A stretch of 64,000 bases of DNA from a virus (lineage: Duplodnaviria > Caudoviricetes): the IMG/VR virus record IMGVR_UViG_651703101_000001, positions 1 to 64,000 of that record; one strand, written 5' to 3'. Position 1 is the first letter of the stretch; every line of letters begins with the position of its first letter. Shown in pieces: positions 58,516-64,000 of this stretch. Under the pieces are notes generated by a model that saw only the letters and a list, made by a program, of their open reading frames with translations, ran no database searches and was not told where the DNA came from. Made by a program: the position numbers and the translations under genes.

Positions 58516-60236
58516 TAATTTTCAAGAAACTCACATATAAGAATTTTCTAGGTGTAGGAAATCAACCTGTTTCTATCGAACTGAATAAACACAAGACTAC
58601 TCTGATTCATGGAACTAACGGGAGCGGAAAGTCTACAATACTTGACGCATTGTGCTATTCCCTTTATGGTAAGCCGTTCCGCAAGATCAATATTCCTCAA
58701 CTCATCAACTCTCAGAACAACAAGGGTCTAGAGGTTTCTGTAGAATTTTCTATCGGGAAAGATGATTATGAGGTTCATCGTGGACTTAAACCTAGATTGT
58801 TTGAGATCATTCGTAACGGTGAGATTCTAGATGCAAAGGCTGCGGATAAGGATAATCAGGCAACTCTAGAACAAAATATTTTAAAGTTATCCTATCGATC
58901 TTTCACACAAATTGTCATTCTTGGGTCCTCTTCTTATGTTCCTTTCATGCAACTTCCTGCCCAAGGAAGACGTGATTGTGTAGAAGAATTCCTTGATATC
59001 AAAGTGTTTTCTACCATGGCCATTCTGGCCAAAGAAAGATTTCGTTCTCTGAAAGAACAAGCTGCTTCCGTGCAACGTGATATTTCTACTGTTCAGTATA
59101 AATTAGAAATTCAGAATGATAGAATTGAAGAAATTCAATCTCAGACTCAAGAAAGGATTAATGATTTACTTGCAAAAATCACTGATCTAAATTTAGAAAG
59201 GACAATGATTCAGAACGGAATCGAAGTTCTATTAGAACAAGAATCTGAATTAAATGATAAGTTAAAGTCTATAAACAAAAGAAACCCAAGAGCTAAAATT
59301 CTTGAATGCTCAAATCTGATTAGTTCTTTTGACACCAAAATTGCAATTAGGAATAAGACAATTGAATTCTATTCAAATAATGATACTTGTTATACTTGTC
59401 ATCAAGAAATTCAACCTGAAGCCAAAAAGAATCATATCTGTGAGTCTCAGACTGATATTGAAACATATCTTGATGCTAAGAAACAACTTGAGGAGATGGT
59501 TAAGTCCCAGACTAAGTTATCGGACGAGGCTGATAAACTCAGAGAAAAGATTAACGACTATCAGAAAGGGATCTCTCTAAATCAATCGAAGATCCAATCC
59601 ATTTCCAAACAAATATCCGAATGTGAAGCTGAGATCAAAAATATTGAATCTAATTCTTCATCTTTGGATAAAGAACTAGGAAAGAAAGAAGTCTTTGAAG
59701 AAGAACATAAAGACCTTAAAACTAAGTTAGATCAATTGACTGTTGAGGTCAATAATCATGATGTTGTCCTTTCACTTCTGAAAGATTCAGGAATCAAGTC
59801 TCAGATTGTGAAGAAGTATCTTCCAATCATGAATAAGTTCATTGGTCGTTATATGTCAGAACTAGAATTCCCAATTCATTTTGAGTTGGATAGTGAATTT
59901 AAAGAGACCTGCAAATCTCCTTTGTATCAAGATTTTTCCTATGAGTCTTTTTCTGAAGGACAGAAATCTAGAATCGATCTTTCTTTAATGTTTACTTGGA
60001 GAGAGGTTGGGCGTCTTAAGAATTCTGTTTCTTGTAATCTTTTGATACTAGATGAAGTCTTTTCGTCATCCCTAGATGAAGTTGGAAAAGATAACTTGCT
60101 TCGTCTTCTTCGTTATGTTCTAGAAGATGTAAATGTAGTTGTCGTGGACCACACTTTGAATGAGACATTCAAAGAGAAGTTTGACTCTACAATTGAAGTC
60201 AAACAAATCAAAGGGTTTTCACACTATTCAAATTAA
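58512..60236 (+). CDS. gp46: Recombination ATPase gp46 (SbcC/Rad50-like)
   Basis: Walker A GTNGSGKST, zinc hook CYTC, FSEGQK signature and LILDEVF. Confidence 0.97.
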   Translation: MIIFKKLTYKNFLGVGNQPVSIELNKHKTTLIHGTNGSGKSTILDALCYSLYGKPFRKINIPQLINSQNNKGLEVSVEFSIGKDDYEVHRGLKPRLFEIIRNGEILDAKAADKDNQATLEQNILKLSYRSFTQIVILGSSSYVPFMQLPAQGRRDCVEEFLDIKVFSTMAILAKERFRSLKEQAASVQRDISTVQYKLEIQNDRIEEIQSQTQERINDLLAKITDLNLERTMIQNGIEVLLEQESELNDKLKSINKRNPRAKILECSNLISSFDTKIAIRNKTIEFYSNNDTCYTCHQEIQPEAKKNHICESQTDIETYLDAKKQLEEMVKSQTKLSDEADKLREKINDYQKGISLNQSKIQSISKQISECEAEIKNIESNSSSLDKELGKKEVFEEEHKDLKTKLDQLTVEVNNHDVVLSLLKDSGIKSQIVKKYLPIMNKFIGRYMSELEFPIHFELDSEFKETCKSPLYQDFSYESFSEGQKSRIDLSLMFTWREVGRLKNSVSCNLLILDEVFSSSLDEVGKDNLLRLLRYVLEDVNVVVVDHTLNETFKEKFDSTIEVKQIKGFSHYSN

Positions 60237-60526
60237 CCTGCGAATACGTTGGGGGAACCCTCAATAACCAGAGTACAGCCAGCAATTGCGTCACCAATTC
60301 TTCCCCCACCTCTTCCATTTATAAACACTCCAGTAGAGCCTATTGCAATAGGTGCTGCGTGAATAACACATGTGTCTGCAAATGGAATGAGGTGAGGAAC
60401 GTTGTGATCACCTTGACGAGACCAAGGTATACCATTAATAAAGACATTATGGCTGCCTTCTGCCCTAACCATACCTGAACAATGGGGAAGGTCTTGATGA
60501 CCTATTCTACATGCTGGGATTGCCAT
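60233..60526 (-). CDS. PAAR spike-tip protein (gp5.4-like)
   Basis: PAC.RIG, GS.NVFING...RQGD, H...IA.GS..VFING...GRIGD and GSPNVFAG. Confidence 0.92.
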   Translation of the reverse strand: MAIPACRIGHQDLPHCSGMVRAEGSHNVFINGIPWSRQGDHNVPHLIPFADTCVIHAAPIAIGSTGVFINGRGGGRIGDAIAGCTLVIEGSPNVFAG

Positions 60527-61194
60527 TAGTGATAAATTCCATTAAAGAAATATGTTTTTTGTTGAAGGGCCAAAAGTTGAAGACCCCAGTTAAACACTGG
60601 TTGGCTCACTTCATGATAAATTGTTATAGTGTCTGTGAGAATATCCTGAGAGCCTTGGGGGCCAGAGTGACCTATAACATATTCTGTTTCAACTGTGTAA
60701 GTAATAATTACGGATGATCTTTGGTCCGGTAGATAACGTGTAATGGTATCCATCGGATAGACTCCATTTGCTGGATCATAGGGTTCGTCTGGAAATCCAT
60801 TAATTGCCTCTACTTCTCCTGTAAATTCATCTTCATTTGCTCCCGAAAAAGGAGGTAGATAATAAAAGAAAGTTTGATCAAAGACCTCTGTATAGATATA
60901 TCCACTATCATCTTCAATTCCCCCTTCTGCCCATTCTCCACCACCATACTGAGCCCCAGGAGCCCCGAATGTTTGTGGGCCCGCATTTGGTTTTGAGATT
61001 GTGATTGTTTGATTCAGTAATTCCCATGCAGGATATTGTGGTCCTTGAGGACCTATATCCTCTACTGCCCTAGTTCTGACTCGGAAACCAGCCAATGGTT
61101 CGACTCCAGAAATTCCAATTACTACACCTTCCCAGATATAGTCTTCTGGTCCGGTTCCTTCTCTTACGATTTCGTATTCTAGTTCTACAGACAT
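60526..61194 (-). CDS. Hypothetical acidic baseplate-hub-associated protein
   Basis: 222 aa, translationally coupled between the gp5-C gene and PAAR; contains GPQG snippets. Confidence 0.65.
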   Translation of the reverse strand: MSVELEYEIVREGTGPEDYIWEGVVIGISGVEPLAGFRVRTRAVEDIGPQGPQYPAWELLNQTITISKPNAGPQTFGAPGAQYGGGEWAEGGIEDDSGYIYTEVFDQTFFYYLPPFSGANEDEFTGEVEAINGFPDEPYDPANGVYPMDTITRYLPDQRSSVIITYTVETEYVIGHSGPQGSQDILTDTITIYHEVSQPVFNWGLQLLALQQKTYFFNGIYH

Positions 61195-61195
61195 A

Positions 61196-62104
61196 TTAGT
61201 TCAGGAAGATTTTGGTTGCTCTGACGACTTGAATTCCACCAACAGTGACGAATTCAGCTCCACCAACTTGACGGGTTCTGAGTCCACCGACAGATTGATT
61301 TTCATTCAAGTTAATTATCACATCTTTATTGGTTTGAATATACTCATAATAGTCACCGGGTTTGATTGACATATCGAGTGGTTTTCTGACCGGTGAGTAT
61401 ACTTTATTTGTGTATGTTGCTCTTGCCTCAAGTGATGGTTTGTCAGTCCATCTTCCTGTGATGTCTACTCTTTCCTGGCCACATATTAGATTGAGATATC
61501 CTTTGGAGGATATTGTGATTCCTCCGTTTGGATCATCGTTTTGAATAATAGTGTTCCCGTATACATTCATCACATTGATTCCACCTTTTTGACCATCTTC
61601 CATCGTCCCCACTTCACTTCTACGGGAGACAATTCTATCTCTCATTTCTTTAGTGTCCATGTAGATAGACTTTGTTCCTTCTAAAGATATCGATTCGGTG
61701 GCCTTGTTTATGATATTGTTTGCACTGGTAATTAGATCAGTTCCTGCTATAATTCTACCGGTAGACCCAATTTCAAAGTTAAGTTCTGAGCATTTGATGT
61801 TTAACTTCCCGCCAATATGCATTGCATAGTCGGTATCAACTCTCATACTAGATGTGTCAGATCCTTTACTGGAATCACCTGCAGAAGATATGACTCCAGA
61901 GTGAGTGTGAATATCACCAACAGATTTTAGAAAAACAGAACCATCATCCTTAAATTCAAGATGGGATCCACTGGAATGTTTTATAACAACACGAGCATTA
62001 CCAGGAGTATCATATACGGAAATTTCATGTCCACTTGGAGTGATGAAAGGTTGGGAGAATTGATACTCTTGCTTTTTATCCCTAATCTTACTTCCGGCTG
62101 GCAT
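61196..62104 (-). CDS. gp5: Baseplate hub/spike gp5 C-terminal-type protein
   Basis: TPSGH....DTPG..R....H.SG..LE..DDGS motif followed by beta-helix-like repeats and a C-terminal IFLN. Confidence 0.75.
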   Translation of the reverse strand: MPAGSKIRDKKQEYQFSQPFITPSGHEISVYDTPGNARVVIKHSSGSHLEFKDDGSVFLKSVGDIHTHSGVISSAGDSSKGSDTSSMRVDTDYAMHIGGKLNIKCSELNFEIGSTGRIIAGTDLITSANNIINKATESISLEGTKSIYMDTKEMRDRIVSRRSEVGTMEDGQKGGINVMNVYGNTIIQNDDPNGGITISSKGYLNLICGQERVDITGRWTDKPSLEARATYTNKVYSPVRKPLDMSIKPGDYYEYIQTNKDVIINLNENQSVGGLRTRQVGGAEFVTVGGIQVVRATKIFLN

Positions 62105-64000
62105 TATACAAGTCCTCTATTGATATCGATTGAGTTTCTTTGATTTTCCCCAGCACAGTAGATGACTTCAACTGGAGGGAGAGTTTCTTTAGCATTAAGT
62201 TTCGGTACCACTTGCATAATTGGAAATAGTTTTGCACCATATCCACCATCATTGTTGCATTCTGTACCGTCATCAGTGATACGAAGTTCTGGAATTCTTC
62301 TGAATGATCTTCCAGTATTTAGAATTACAATATCTACAATATGTCCATCCACAACGACAGGCTGAATTAATCCATTAGTTGTTTCACGATCGCGATCCCA
62401 TACTTCTATAGTCGGATTGCAATATTCAAATCCCATATTTTGAATGAATATTCCACCCAAAACAATATCGTAGTCTGGATTGTCTGAGCGAATTCCTATA
62501 GTTTGTTTGTCTGGAATAATGGATATCGGTGGATTTGGATAGTGAGAACTAAATGATTGGCAGTTGGTAATCAGGGCGACCAATTCCCCAAACACTGGAT
62601 CTACAACTGGTGTAATTGTCCCTTCATATCCAGGAATGAATATTGAGGGGAATGCTTCTGCTTCGATCTCATTATTTACATAGAAGTATCCATTTCCTGG
62701 GTCTGTAATTACGACAGTATTTGGAGTACCATTTATAAAGTTTAGTCCACACACAGGAAATCTACTTGGAAGTGGTAGTGCTATAGCTGTTGCAAATATA
62801 CCATTGGGTGGGTTCTTATCTTCTCTAGAGATTGTTGCATCTTCACATACAGTAGGGTATGCACTTCCTGAACCCAATCCTGGGAATCCACCAAATCCAA
62901 CCTGTGAATAATCGTTAACTGTACTATATCTACCTGAACCTCTTTGTGTATTATAACGTCTAGATTGTATACAACCTATATTTTTAGTGATAAAATCCTG
63001 AGACATATCACCAGCCACGTTGAACACATCAGTATATTTGGCATACTTTTGAGTTAAAGGAAATTTCATTCCACCAATCAGAGAAGAAAGTATACCAGCA
63101 ATTGCACCCAAAGATGCTGTAGTATTTTCTGATTCTGCCTGTGCTGTGGAGTTTTCAATTGCAATGGAAGTGAGTGTATCCAGAACATCTAAGATAGAAT
63201 CTGTGACACATTCAGATCCCCAATCGTTAATAATTGTGTTTGGTGAAGCACCGATATTTCCTGTATAGTTATTTCCACTCCCTCCCAGATTATCATTATT
63301 CATCTGTTGGAGAATGGCCATAATAATATCACATAGTTTGTCAATAAACGATGTTCCAAATATACCGTGAAAGATATCAGCCTTGGTTGTTGTAGCTTTA
63401 TCTAGTTGTAGAGAGGTGTATCCGTCTCTATCTGGAACTAGAAGAGTAGTTGATTTTAACTCACGATTCTTTTCTTCTTTGGTTACTTTTGAAGCCTGAG
63501 CAGTTTGTTTCATCATGTTGCAAATTTGAATTGCAATTCCTCTCATGATTCCATTCAGGTCAATATAATTACCATCGATGGCACTCCATACAACGTCGTT
63601 GTATACGAATCTTGCAAAATTGGATGGCATTCTTTCTGTCAGAAGATTTTGAATGTCATTCTTGGCATTTGCGATAGATCCACACAATCCGTCTGCAATC
63701 AAAATATTATAAATTTGTGACTCTGGATTTCCCTTATCTGAAGTGCTCAGGGATTCTTCCATTCTTCTCACGGATGCTACAGATTTGTTGGTCCCACATT
63801 CACCGTGGGCTTCAGATGTGGGAACTACTTTTGAAGGATCTAACTTTGGGTCTACACTTGTGAGAGCAATATTTGGCCAATTTTTTGGAACGTAGAGTTG
63901 CCCAAAGGCTGGATCGAATGGATTTAGTTTTCCATCTTGTCCTTTAGGTTTAGTTTTGAGGTTTTCTGTTGTTGCCTTTGCTGTGAAGTTGAAAGAGTTA
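62104..64000 (-). CDS. Baseplate hub protein (gp5 N-terminal-type), 5'-truncated by the window edge
   Basis: Frame stays open from 63771 to 63999; C-terminal I.N.G..F..IP.L.I....GYGAKLFP.M...VI.C motif as in cyanophage hub proteins. Confidence 0.65.
   Translation of the reverse strand, partial: NSFNFTAKATTENLKTKPKGQDGKLNPFDPAFGQLYVPKNWPNIALTSVDPKLDPSKVVPTSEAHGECGTNKSVASVRRMEESLSTSDKGNPESQIYNILIADGLCGSIANAKNDIQNLLTERMPSNFARFVYNDVVWSAIDGNYIDLNGIMRGIAIQICNMMKQTAQASKVTKEEKNRELKSTTLLVPDRDGYTSLQLDKATTTKADIFHGIFGTSFIDKLCDIIMAILQQMNNDNLGGSGNNYTGNIGASPNTIINDWGSECVTDSILDVLDTLTSIAIENSTAQAESENTTASLGAIAGILSSLIGGMKFPLTQKYAKYTDVFNVAGDMSQDFITKNIGCIQSRRYNTQRGSGRYSTVNDYSQVGFGGFPGLGSGSAYPTVCEDATISREDKNPPNGIFATAIALPLPSRFPVCGLNFINGTPNTVVITDPGNGYFYVNNEIEAEAFPSIFIPGYEGTITPVVDPVFGELVALITNCQSFSSHYPNPPISIIPDKQTIGIRSDNPDYDIVLGGIFIQNMGFEYCNPTIEVWDRDRETTNGLIQPVVVDGHIVDIVILNTGRSFRRIPELRITDDGTECNNDGGYGAKLFPIMQVVPKLNAKETLPPVEVIYCAGENQRNSIDINRGLV

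Overview
The window is 64 kb of AT-rich DNA from a T4-like myophage, most similar in gene content and order to the cyanomyoviruses (Kyanoviridae-like; the host is inferred). It covers most of the virion morphogenesis region: baseplate wedge (gp25, gp6, gp7, gp8), a 2484-aa VrlC/DUF4815-like structural protein, a ~13 kb cluster of about 14 modular fibre/collagen/tail-collar/chaperone genes, neck and tail completion (gp13-15, gp3), terminase (gp16/17), sheath, tube and portal (gp18-20), and head genes (gp21-23). These are followed by uvsY, uvsW, late sigma gp55, gp47/gp46 and a convergent PAAR/gp5 block running off the right edge. More than 20 T4-type TAAATA late promoters and several sigma70-type promoters are visible. 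No tRNA, CRISPR array, intron/intein or integrase was seen. Four observations stand out. (1) The fibre cluster is built from a few shared short modules, and one of them (the 'MALNFP' N-terminal module) also appears inside the tail sheath protein, suggesting a plug-and-socket fibre system. (2) A bacterial-type metzincin zinc protease is inserted between gp21 and gp22, in a genome rich in GPQG collagen-like motifs. (3) A late-promoter 692-aa protein with a Cas9-like HNH domain sits between gp55 and gp47. (4) A structured non-coding region with divergent sigma70 promoters lies upstream of gp55. All assignments come from motif recognition and synteny; no database search was run.
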